A program made the position numbers and the translations under genes. From positions 1 through 54,654 of the forward strand of contig JAFGJD010000006.1 of the NCBI GenBank assembly GCA_016929235.1: DNA of 54,654 nucleotides, written 5' to 3'. Below, in pieces: positions 43,422 through 52,331 of this stretch (the first letter of the stretch is position 1; every line of letters starts with the position of its first letter). Below the pieces are notes generated by a model. That model was not told the origin of the DNA, did no database searches, and saw only the letters and a program-made list of their open reading frames with translations. This DNA is from Candidatus Babeliales bacterium (GTDB taxonomy: Bacteria; Babelota; Babeliae; Babelales; JABCYS01).

Positions 43422-44408
43422 CTATACTACCCATTCTATCAAAAAACAAACCAAACTGATCGCTGCAAAATAATAATAACGATCCTCGAGAGCATCAACC
43501 CTATTAACATCTAGGAGCTCTTTTTCATACCGTTCCACATCTGCAATAAGATGTAATATATCACTATCGCTTTGGCTCATACGGTAATACCGCGCTCCAG
43601 TATCAACGGCCAGAGTGTGAAGTATTCCTTCATTTAACCGTGAAATAACAATCGAACCCTTACTATCTTTTTGCACACCAACTTGTTTTCCAGATTGATC
43701 TAATACAGGAACTGGCGCACCCTCAGGTGTACCAATACCCAAGGTAAAAATGCGCAGCCCCAACTCACTTGCACGTTGTTTAACCGTTGCCAAATCAGAT
43801 GAAAAATCTTCACCATCGGTCAACACAACCAATAATTTATTTTGACGCTGCGACATTGATTCAAACAACTGAATCGTTTTCATAAGCACCGCATCGAGTG
43901 CAGTTGTTCCAGATGAAATTGTTTCCACGTCAAGTGAATCTAGAAACATATAAAACGCAGCATAATCTTGTGTCAGTGGACATTGCACAAATGCAGAACC
44001 TGAAAACACAATCAACCCTACACGTTCACACGAAAGTTTTTTAAGTAATGTTCTTATCTTATCTTTTGCAGCTTCTAAACGATTTGGCTTCACATCCTGC
44101 GCAAGCATGCTCCGAGAAATATCCAATGCAATAAATAGATCACGCCCATGCTGTTGCTCATGCTCATCTTTTTTACCCCAGCGTGGTTGTAATAAAACAA
44201 GAAACAAACACACAATACCAACCGATAATAATGCTGATTTAAAAAAATCCTTCTTATATGAATAACCACGCAACAACAGTGATTGCCATTTTTTGTGAGC
44301 TAATACCCTGGCTAAACGCACACGCTTGACACTGCGCCACCAGACAAGCATAAGCATAAATAGAAAGACAAAAATAAACTTTACTGCAAGAGGATTACCC
44401 AATGTCAT
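43422..44408 (-). CDS. BatB-like VWA-domain protein
   Basis: QPRWG, DISRSM (MIDAS), PNRL, TDGE; ATGA overlap with batA stop. Confidence 0.9.
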   Translation of the reverse strand: MTLGNPLAVKFIFVFLFMLMLVWWRSVKRVRLARVLAHKKWQSLLLRGYSYKKDFFKSALLSVGIVCLFLVLLQPRWGKKDEHEQQHGRDLFIALDISRSMLAQDVKPNRLEAAKDKIRTLLKKLSCERVGLIVFSGSAFVQCPLTQDYAAFYMFLDSLDVETISSGTTALDAVLMKTIQLFESMSQRQNKLLVVLTDGEDFSSDLATVKQRASELGLRIFTLGIGTPEGAPVPVLDQSGKQVGVQKDSKGSIVISRLNEGILHTLAVDTGARYYRMSQSDSDILHLIADVERYEKELLDVNRVDALEDRYYYFAAISLVCFLIEWVV

Positions 44409-45397
44409 AACATAAACCGTATCAATGTCGTTATACACAACTGTATAAACAATGCCAATACAACTAACCATACTAATGGGCCAACATAATCCTTATAATG
44501 TGCAAACAATGATGCATCATGATTAGTACGTTCTAATCGATCAATTTGATCATAAATTAATCGAAGCTCATTAGGCTTACGTGCTTCAAAAAACTTACCT
44601 CCCGTTGCATGTGCAATTTTTTCCAATAGAGGTCTGTTCAACGTAGCTCCTGCAGGAATCAAACCAAACTGTGGATGAACCATAAAGCCCCCACTCTCAC
44701 TCCCAATACCAATGGTGTAGATTTTCACATCAAGTTTTTGTGCAAGTTCAACAGCGAGTCGCGGACTACTATCCTCTGCTGTTGGTTCGCCATCTGTTAA
44801 TAGAATAATGATTTTGCTTTTTGCTTTCGCATGCCGCAGACGGCCAAGCGCAGTTAATAACGCTGTTGAAAGCACTGTGCCTTTTTCATCAATCACACCG
44901 ATATCCAATGATGCAACAATCTCCTCAAGCACATGCTTATCGAGCGTCAACGGACAACGTGAAGCGGATTCGCGACCAAAGATTACTAGACCAATGGGAT
45001 CATTCACGCGACGTTTAATAAAGCGAATCGCCTCTTGTTTGGCAATCTCGATACGAGATAGCTGTGTACGTTCATCATCGCTACAGGCCATACTACCCGA
45101 TACATCCATGACTAGAATAATATCGACACCCTCGACATGCACCAGCGATGATGGATCCAATTGCTTGACCCGACTGGTCAATAAAATTAAACCACCGAAT
45201 ACAATCATCTGCAGCATAAAAATTATCCAACGATATGTTTGAAATCCATGGGAATAGACATGCTTAACCACTGATGCAAGTGGATAGACATACGCCGGCT
45301 GTCGGTGCCAACGCATACGACACCACACAACAAGGGCAACTAGCGCAGTAAGCGCAATAGCAAGAAGTGAATATTGAAGATGTGGAGCAAGATCCAC
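44405..45397 (-). CDS. BatA-like VWA-domain protein
   Basis: DVSGSM (MIDAS), CPLT.D, LLTDGE, YTIGIG, TGGKFF. Confidence 0.9.
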   Translation of the reverse strand: MDLAPHLQYSLLAIALTALVALVVWCRMRWHRQPAYVYPLASVVKHVYSHGFQTYRWIIFMLQMIVFGGLILLTSRVKQLDPSSLVHVEGVDIILVMDVSGSMACSDDERTQLSRIEIAKQEAIRFIKRRVNDPIGLVIFGRESASRCPLTLDKHVLEEIVASLDIGVIDEKGTVLSTALLTALGRLRHAKAKSKIIILLTDGEPTAEDSSPRLAVELAQKLDVKIYTIGIGSESGGFMVHPQFGLIPAGATLNRPLLEKIAHATGGKFFEARKPNELRLIYDQIDRLERTNHDASLFAHYKDYVGPLVWLVVLALFIQLCITTLIRFML

Positions 45398-45400
45398 GCG

Positions 45401-46126
45401 CTATAACTCCTGTTGCTCCAAGAACCAAGTGCGCACACGAGCTGTAAAGGCACCCTTATCCTCACCTTGATTATAGGTGAATGGCTCACCTATGGTTACC
45501 GTAATAGGAGCCCAATGTACCCACAGTGATTTTGGAGGCATAACTTTATCACTATTTCGTATCATTACCGGAACCACGGGATACCCCGTCTGTTGCGCAA
45601 TGATAGCAAACCCAGTAAAAAAATCACGCACACCATCATCAGTATAACGACCGCCCTCTGGAAACAATAAGACGTGCCCGTGCAACTTGGTTGCACGATC
45701 AACTGCCTGCTCAATAGCACTCACGGCTTTACGCGGGGCACTTGGGTCAACCATCACCTCAAGCCTACGTATCACAAAACCAAAAATGGGATACTGAGCT
45801 AACCAGTTAATAAATAAAAAAACATGAGGCTCGCCACGCGCAACCATACCTAATAAAGGCGCATCGATTGATGATCGATGATTCCCGATGAACACACACC
45901 GCGTATGCTTTGGGATATTTGCCATACCCTCATATGAAACAGGAACCCACCACGATTTGATAAATAACCAGAAAACAAAATGTTCAATTTTATAGATAAA
46001 GGTACATTTGAATCGCAATGATTCTGGCAATAACGCAACTATCACACCCGGAATTGCAAATACAATAAGCGCTACCAGAAAGACTACGCCATAACTCACT
46101 GTTCTTAAAATATTTCCTACACTCAT
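45401..46126 (-). CDS. plsC: 1-acyl-sn-glycerol-3-phosphate acyltransferase
   Basis: NHRSSID, FPEGGR, PVVPV. Confidence 0.9.
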   Translation of the reverse strand: MSVGNILRTVSYGVVFLVALIVFAIPGVIVALLPESLRFKCTFIYKIEHFVFWLFIKSWWVPVSYEGMANIPKHTRCVFIGNHRSSIDAPLLGMVARGEPHVFLFINWLAQYPIFGFVIRRLEVMVDPSAPRKAVSAIEQAVDRATKLHGHVLLFPEGGRYTDDGVRDFFTGFAIIAQQTGYPVVPVMIRNSDKVMPPKSLWVHWAPITVTIGEPFTYNQGEDKGAFTARVRTWFLEQQEL

Positions 46127-46962
46127 CATATCTCCTCTCCTTTAACATACCGCTTATGATCCTTATAAAGCACCATCGTATATATCGTTGTTAAAAATGA
46201 AACTGAAATCGGACTCAATACCATCAACACATACCATGGACTATAGGAAAGAGATGGAATCATCGAGAAGGAACGCAAAACAGGATAGAGCCCCTCAAGC
46301 ACTAGAATACTGACACCGAGAAATAACAAGTACGAAAGAATCGAAAGAGGTAGCGTATACCACACCATAGTATAAGCACGCACAAATGCTCGCCAGAGAG
46401 AGCGGATCCCTCGACGATCATCTAATGCGAAGAGCATCAAAAACACAAATACCGGCATAATAAGTGGAACTAGGGAACAAAATGAGGAGAGCGGATTCAC
46501 ATAGCCCGGGAACACGCCAATAAAGTGTAATGGCCACCACAGATAAAACAGCCCATCTCCAAGAAGCTCAAGCACACGACTATCAACAAATGTAAGCTCT
46601 TTAAAATGAGCGAAAATAGGAACTACCATAATCAAAAGGACAAATAAACTATAGGCGATAAAAAATTTAAGCCCATGGCTTCCGAAATACGACTGATAAT
46701 AACCGATACTCTTCTTACGCGTAGAAGGTCGTACCGTAAGAAACAAGAAAAATAAGACCATAAACCAGCCAAGCCCGCTCAAGAGATAACTCTCTAGGTA
46801 ATCCGCAAGAATCGCAAGGCATACCAACCACCAAAAATACGTTAAGAATGTAACATATACCGCCTTTGTCGTCTTACCTGTCACCCACAGAAGCTGTCTC
46901 AAGGACTCCCACTGAAAAATGAGTTTAAGCAACTCCCACCACGACTTAAACACTACCTTCAT
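46126..46962 (-). CDS. Hypothetical integral membrane protein
   Basis: About 6-7 hydrophobic segments; GGGAG RBS. Confidence 0.75.
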   Translation of the reverse strand: MKVVFKSWWELLKLIFQWESLRQLLWVTGKTTKAVYVTFLTYFWWLVCLAILADYLESYLLSGLGWFMVLFFLFLTVRPSTRKKSIGYYQSYFGSHGLKFFIAYSLFVLLIMVVPIFAHFKELTFVDSRVLELLGDGLFYLWWPLHFIGVFPGYVNPLSSFCSLVPLIMPVFVFLMLFALDDRRGIRSLWRAFVRAYTMVWYTLPLSILSYLLFLGVSILVLEGLYPVLRSFSMIPSLSYSPWYVLMVLSPISVSFLTTIYTMVLYKDHKRYVKGEEI

Positions 46963-47231
46963 AGTCTCTCCCTTTATTATAGGCCTTCGATACTACGAAG
47001 TACTCTACCAACAGTACCTACAAACATACAATCCCCGCACACGAATCTACCCCAAGCCACAACTCAATAGCAAAAGCCAATCATACACTATTAGTAACGA
47101 TTAATAAGAACAAAGAAACCCTTCTCTACCATGATGGCAACGCATGCAAACCCGTCTCAATCATAAAACCGAGACAGGATCTCGAAAAAGCCTATCACTT
47201 TGTGATAGCGCCCCGCATACCAAGATATGCC

Positions 47232-47261
47232 TTGACTTTTAGAAATTATAATTTTTAAGCT
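47232..47261 (+). promoter_or_regulatory. Possible sigma70 promoter upstream of topA
   Basis: TTGACT-N18-TAAGCT. Confidence 0.4.
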
Positions 47262-47391
47262 GATAGGGAGTAGAGAGGAGTCGCATAGTGGTATACATGG
47301 GCTCTCACGTTGAAAAATGTAATACAATAGGCTACAGTGACTTCTCTTTATTATTTTCTGGAGAATCTGCCTCAAGCACTCATAGGAATAC

Positions 47392-49647
47392 ATGAAGAAG
47401 CTCTTAATTGTCGAGTCTCCCGCTAAAATCAAAACCCTGTCCAAGATCTTGGGTAAGGATTTTAAGATTATGTCCACCCTTGGACATATCATGGATTTGC
47501 CACGAAAGAGCATCGGTGTTGAAATTACCAAATCAGATATCAAGCTCGAGTATGTTCCCATAGAGGACAAAGAAAAGATTATTGCTGATATTGTAAAGGC
47601 AGCCAAGACTGCTGATGAAATCTATCTGGCTCCTGACCCTGATCGTGAGGGTGAAATCATTGCATGGCACGTTGAACAAGAAATCAAGAAGGCAACTAAA
47701 GGCAGCAAGAAAAAGATCCACAGAATCGGGTTCAATGAAATTACAAAGTCTGCAGTTGAAGAAGCGATCAACAATCCTGAAAAAGTAGACCTGCACCGTG
47801 TAGCCGCTCAACAGGCGCGTCGTGTGCTCGATCGTTGGGTTGGATACGAAGTGTCACCCATCTTGTGGCAAAAGATCAAAGCAGGATTATCTGCAGGCCG
47901 AGTGCAATCGGTTGCTCTCAAAATTATCTGCGAACGTGAACAGGCAATTCGTGATTTTAAACCAGAAGAATATTGGACTATTGAAGGCTTGTTCAAACAA
48001 GCCAAGGCAAGCCTATCAGCAATGCTTACCCATATCAGTAAAAAGAAAGCTGATATTAAAAATGAAAAAGCTGCTAACAAGATTCTCGATGACCTTAAGA
48101 AAACAGAATTCGCCGTTGAATCAATTGTGGATAAACAACGCTCAAAAAATCCGCTTCCACCCTTCATGACAAGTACGCTTCAGCAGGCCGCACACAATCA
48201 ACTTGGCTTCTCGGTTAAACGAACTATGCAAGTTGCACAAAAACTTTATGAAGGCATTCCGTTAAAAGATCCTGATCACCCTGTTGCACTGATTACATAT
48301 ATGAGAACTGACTCGCTCCGTCTTTCAGAAACAGCGCTCAAGCAGGCTCGCTCATACATAGGATCACAGTTTGAGAAAGCATATCTTCCACAAAAAGCAA
48401 ACGTATTTTCCAAAAAAAGTAAAAGTAAAACGCAAGATGCCCATGAAGCGATTCGTCCGATCGACGTGGCGCTAACACCCACAATACTTCGTCAATATCT
48501 AGGTGCAGATGAAATCAAATTATATGAACTGATTTGGAAACGATGCGTTGCCAGTCAAATGACACCAGCACAGTATGCCCAACGCCAAGTTACCATTCAA
48601 GGCGGTAAATACACATTTAAAACAACTGGATCCACATTAATCTTTGATGGTTTTTTGAAGGTATACAAGGATGACGAAGATAAGGATGAAACAACAATTA
48701 TTCCAAAAGAGCTTGAAGAGAAGCAACCAATCGAACTTACCAAAACAGATCCCAAACAACATTTTACCCAACCACCACCACGTTTTAATGAAAGTTCACT
48801 AGTAAAAGAGCTAGAAAAAGAAGGCATTGGTCGCCCAAGTACCTATGCATCCATTATCAGCACCATACAAGCGCGTGATTATACAGAGCTCGATGATCGA
48901 AAACGATTTGTACCAACTGAATTAGGTATGACCGTTTCAAAATTGCTCAGTGATAACCTTCCTAAAATTATGAAGATTTCGTTTACAGCACAGATGGAAC
49001 AGGAGCTTGACAAGATTGAGCATGAAAAATTGGACCGTGATAAATTACTCCGAACCTTCTATCAAGAATTCGAAGAGGATCTTGAAGAGTTTCGAGGCAA
49101 ACGAAAACGCACAGCCGAGAAAACTGATATCACCTGTCCAAAATGTAAGGAAGGTAAGTTATTGATCAGGTTTGGAAGGGCGGGCTCATTCCTAGGATGT
49201 AGCACGTATCCAACATGTGATTTCACAACCAATTTCAAGCGAGATGAAGATGGCAAAATAGAAATTGTCGAGACCATCCACCCTACCGTCCTCAAAGAAA
49301 AGTGCCCCGAATGCGGTGAGCCCCTCAGGCGCATAGTTGGTAAGTGTGGAGAATTTATTTCATGCAGCGGCTATCCAAAATGTAAGTATGTCCATCAGCA
49401 ATATGCATCGTTTAAATGCCCGCAAGACAAGGGCGACGTTGCAAAGCGCTGCTGGAAAGGTGGAACGTTCTGGGGCTGTGTAAACTATCCAGACTGTAAG
49501 TTTGCAATCTTCAGCGATATTGAAGAGAAACCGTGTCCACAGTGTAAGAAGCCATATCTAATGAAGAAGACTAACAAAGAAGGCAATACGATACTTCATT
49601 GCACAAAAGAATGTGGTTATTCACATCCACAAAAAGCGAAAAAGTAA
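47392..49647 (+). CDS. topA: DNA topoisomerase I with C-terminal zinc ribbons
   Basis: IVESPAK, DPDREGE, SAGRVQS, ITYMRTD, GIGRPSTY, repeated C4 motifs. Confidence 0.98.
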   Translation: MKKLLIVESPAKIKTLSKILGKDFKIMSTLGHIMDLPRKSIGVEITKSDIKLEYVPIEDKEKIIADIVKAAKTADEIYLAPDPDREGEIIAWHVEQEIKKATKGSKKKIHRIGFNEITKSAVEEAINNPEKVDLHRVAAQQARRVLDRWVGYEVSPILWQKIKAGLSAGRVQSVALKIICEREQAIRDFKPEEYWTIEGLFKQAKASLSAMLTHISKKKADIKNEKAANKILDDLKKTEFAVESIVDKQRSKNPLPPFMTSTLQQAAHNQLGFSVKRTMQVAQKLYEGIPLKDPDHPVALITYMRTDSLRLSETALKQARSYIGSQFEKAYLPQKANVFSKKSKSKTQDAHEAIRPIDVALTPTILRQYLGADEIKLYELIWKRCVASQMTPAQYAQRQVTIQGGKYTFKTTGSTLIFDGFLKVYKDDEDKDETTIIPKELEEKQPIELTKTDPKQHFTQPPPRFNESSLVKELEKEGIGRPSTYASIISTIQARDYTELDDRKRFVPTELGMTVSKLLSDNLPKIMKISFTAQMEQELDKIEHEKLDRDKLLRTFYQEFEEDLEEFRGKRKRTAEKTDITCPKCKEGKLLIRFGRAGSFLGCSTYPTCDFTTNFKRDEDGKIEIVETIHPTVLKEKCPECGEPLRRIVGKCGEFISCSGYPKCKYVHQQYASFKCPQDKGDVAKRCWKGGTFWGCVNYPDCKFAIFSDIEEKPCPQCKKPYLMKKTNKEGNTILHCTKECGYSHPQKAKK

Positions 49648-51462
49648 CGTCTGACAGACACTACGACCACAAATTGCAGCACATCGCATTTTTGAGCCAT
49701 ATTTCTGGGCATACCATGCATCCACAATCTCCGTATCCCCTTCAACATGCAGAGCCACCTTAGCCCCTGATATGTTTGATTGCAGTATGATTAGATTCCC
49801 ATCACGCGAAGCCATTACTGACGGCCCAATAATAAAATTCCATGTCGTATCAACTGCATCATCACCGGTCCACTGGTCCACAATGTTCAGTGATTGCCCA
49901 TCGCACACAAGAGTCCTCGTTGCTCTTCTGCTACCAGACATCCACGATGTCTGCAACACGTCTGTTACACCCACAGTTCGCTCAGGAAGAGTAAGCGCAA
50001 ATAACCGCTCATCAAATGGAACCGGTTCTTCACCCGTTTTCCAGAATGTATTATGCACAGTAACTGAGCGAAACCGATTCCGCCATATACCTGACGGCGT
50101 ATATAGATAGCTTCCAGGATCAACAATAAAAGGTTCATCATCAACCGCAAGTGTTATGCTTCCCATATCATTGTGGAAATGACCAGACGGCTGCTGTGAT
50201 TGATATGCATGATGACGCAAACTTACATGCAGATGTTCTGTTTTTATGACCGACACTCCAAACTGACGGTACAATTTCGTGCCGTATTTTTTTTCATTAG
50301 ATTGCATCGCTTGAAGAATCTTATCCGTAATGCCATAGTGCAGCAGTTTACCCGAATCATCATCACCGATCTGAATCAATGACGCTGGGCACCAGACCAT
50401 GAAATCAAACATGCGTCGTAATTTTTTTTCAAACGATAGGGAGAGCTGAATACTAGATTCCTGCAGCAATAGCCCGGCATGATAAAAAAGTTCCGTTACC
50501 AAACCATGATATGCGGTAGACCCTTCGTAATCGGCGCCCTCGTCAAACACTTGTTTTTCAAACTCAGTTTCAATCTCTTTAGTAACCCATGATAATTTTT
50601 GATCAACACCAGGCCACAAATTAAAAAACCAACATAACGACAAGTATCCAACAAGATCTGATAGATAATGGTTTGACGTGCGACCATCATACACTTCCCA
50701 ATTATGCTCTAGATAGAGCATATGATTGTAAAGAGATTCGACAAGCGTTTGCCAAAATGAACCCGGAATAGATGTTACATCTTTAAAAAAATGCACCCCA
50801 ACAATCATGTTGTATGCACGAATACCCACATCCATAGGACATATCCAATTCGGCCCTAAAAGATATGGATTGCGTTCTATCCAATCAGACGCATGCTCTT
50901 GAAATGCATCAACATACCGCTGCTCACCCGTCTCGCGATATGCCAAACCAAGCACAAGTAGATGCTGAAGTCGTGAAAGCTCCCACGGAATTTTGATATC
51001 TTTGCACAATGTTTCTGTTGTACCGGATGTGATAATAATGTCTCGGTAAAATACAGACGAATCAAATGTCACGTCACTGCCAGGCGATTGATTCTGCAAT
51101 CGAAAATCGTCATGCCACGGTATACGATCAAACGTAAGAGGCCCTGAACCTAGCAGGTCAAATGTCTTATTCACGTACGCATCCGCCTGCTCAATCAGAC
51201 CAGCCGGTCGATCATAGAGCGCATCTAGATATGGCAATGATAACGTCGAGATACGCTTCCATTCGTGTTCAAATAAACCAAGATTATGTCGTGAAGCAAT
51301 CTGCTCCCAAATGTAGTGAGCCGTTCCATCTACTGCTTGTTTGCGAATTTTCCTTTGATACCAAGATGTACTTACGCGTTGGCGAACAATGCCAACCGTT
51401 TTAAGAGGGCCATATTCCCAGGTTTTTTTTATATAGTGCGGAATACGAGAAAACGAAATCAC
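49621..51462 (-). CDS. Heparinase II/III-family protein
   Basis: DIKIPWELSRLQ, SNHY, EGSTAYH, GHFHND, DPGSYLY, HNT. Confidence 0.85.
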   Translation of the reverse strand: MISFSRIPHYIKKTWEYGPLKTVGIVRQRVSTSWYQRKIRKQAVDGTAHYIWEQIASRHNLGLFEHEWKRISTLSLPYLDALYDRPAGLIEQADAYVNKTFDLLGSGPLTFDRIPWHDDFRLQNQSPGSDVTFDSSVFYRDIIITSGTTETLCKDIKIPWELSRLQHLLVLGLAYRETGEQRYVDAFQEHASDWIERNPYLLGPNWICPMDVGIRAYNMIVGVHFFKDVTSIPGSFWQTLVESLYNHMLYLEHNWEVYDGRTSNHYLSDLVGYLSLCWFFNLWPGVDQKLSWVTKEIETEFEKQVFDEGADYEGSTAYHGLVTELFYHAGLLLQESSIQLSLSFEKKLRRMFDFMVWCPASLIQIGDDDSGKLLHYGITDKILQAMQSNEKKYGTKLYRQFGVSVIKTEHLHVSLRHHAYQSQQPSGHFHNDMGSITLAVDDEPFIVDPGSYLYTPSGIWRNRFRSVTVHNTFWKTGEEPVPFDERLFALTLPERTVGVTDVLQTSWMSGSRRATRTLVCDGQSLNIVDQWTGDDAVDTTWNFIIGPSVMASRDGNLIILQSNISGAKVALHVEGDTEIVDAWYAQKYGSKMRCAAICGRSVCQTLLFRFLWM

Positions 51463-51473
51463 ACCGTCCCCGT

Positions 51474-51959
51474 TTAGCTACGAGACGCCATCCATTGATC
51501 AATCACAAGCAATGCTGCGCCATTTGTCGCAAGCTCAAGTTTGTCCACAACTTCCTGTGCTGATGCTTCTTCTTCGACTTGTTCGGCAACAAACCATTGG
51601 AGAAAGTTTTCAGTTGCAATATCATTATGAGTGCGAGCATCTGCAACCAAACCATCTATCAATGAACTTACATAACACTCATGCTTGTACGCAGCCTCAA
51701 ACACATCTAGCGGAGAGGCCCAAGATCCCTTAGGAACATCTATTTTCGAAAGTGCCACGTTACCGCCACGATCGATCACGTACTGAAATATTTTCATCGC
51801 ATGCCCTACTTCTTCCTTAGCTTGCAGTTTCAGCCAATGAGCCATCCCCATTAACCCTGCTTGGGCACAATAAGCTGCCATCGCTAGATAAATATAAGAA
51901 GAATGCAGCTCTGCATTGATCTGTTTATTAAGCGCATCTTGCATTTGTGATTTCAACAT
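51474..51959 (-). CDS. ftnA: Ferritin
   Basis: LNKQINAE, EEVGHA, HE, FLQWFVAEQVEEE. Confidence 0.94.
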   Translation of the reverse strand: MLKSQMQDALNKQINAELHSSYIYLAMAAYCAQAGLMGMAHWLKLQAKEEVGHAMKIFQYVIDRGGNVALSKIDVPKGSWASPLDVFEAAYKHECYVSSLIDGLVADARTHNDIATENFLQWFVAEQVEEEASAQEVVDKLELATNGAALLVIDQWMASRS

Positions 51960-51968
51960 GAGAACTCC

Positions 51969-52331
51969 TTATCGCAAACGTGTCCCGTTTGGTACATGTC
52001 CAGTTATAGTCGTTATGTGAGGAGTGCCATCTTCATCTCCTGCACACAGAATCATGCCATGGGATTCAAATCCCATCATGGCACGTGGAGCTAAATTATA
52101 CACAAATACGCCCTGCTTATCGACAAGGTCAGCCGGTTCAAAAAAGGAACGCAGCCCTGCAAGAATCTGGCGATTCCCCAGCTCACCAAAATCAACCTCC
52201 AAACGATACAATTTTTTAGACTTGGGAACGTCCTCGCACGCCACAATTGTTCCAACACGCAGCTCAACCTTTGCCACGTCGTTAATAGTGATCGTTGTAT
52301 CGATTACCGACTGTTCAGTCTTAGTCTCCAT
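51969..52331 (-). CDS. Stand-alone tRNA-binding OB-fold (MetRS C-terminal/Trbp111/CsaA-like)
   Basis: VELRVG, KL..L.VD.G, RQI.AGL, NL.PR.MMG.ESHGMIL. Confidence 0.88.
   Translation of the reverse strand: METKTEQSVIDTTITINDVAKVELRVGTIVACEDVPKSKKLYRLEVDFGELGNRQILAGLRSFFEPADLVDKQGVFVYNLAPRAMMGFESHGMILCAGDEDGTPHITTITGHVPNGTRLR

Noticed and set aside
47267..47360. Possible lysine riboswitch or SRP RNA (AGAGG start, long hairpin)
   Set aside because: Too short for a lysine riboswitch and lacks its downstream motifs; lacks the SRP GGAA tetraloop and CAGG/AGCA internal loop
47157..47606. 149-aa minus-strand ORF over the topA start
   Set aside because: Antisense to topA and its leader; no recognisable features
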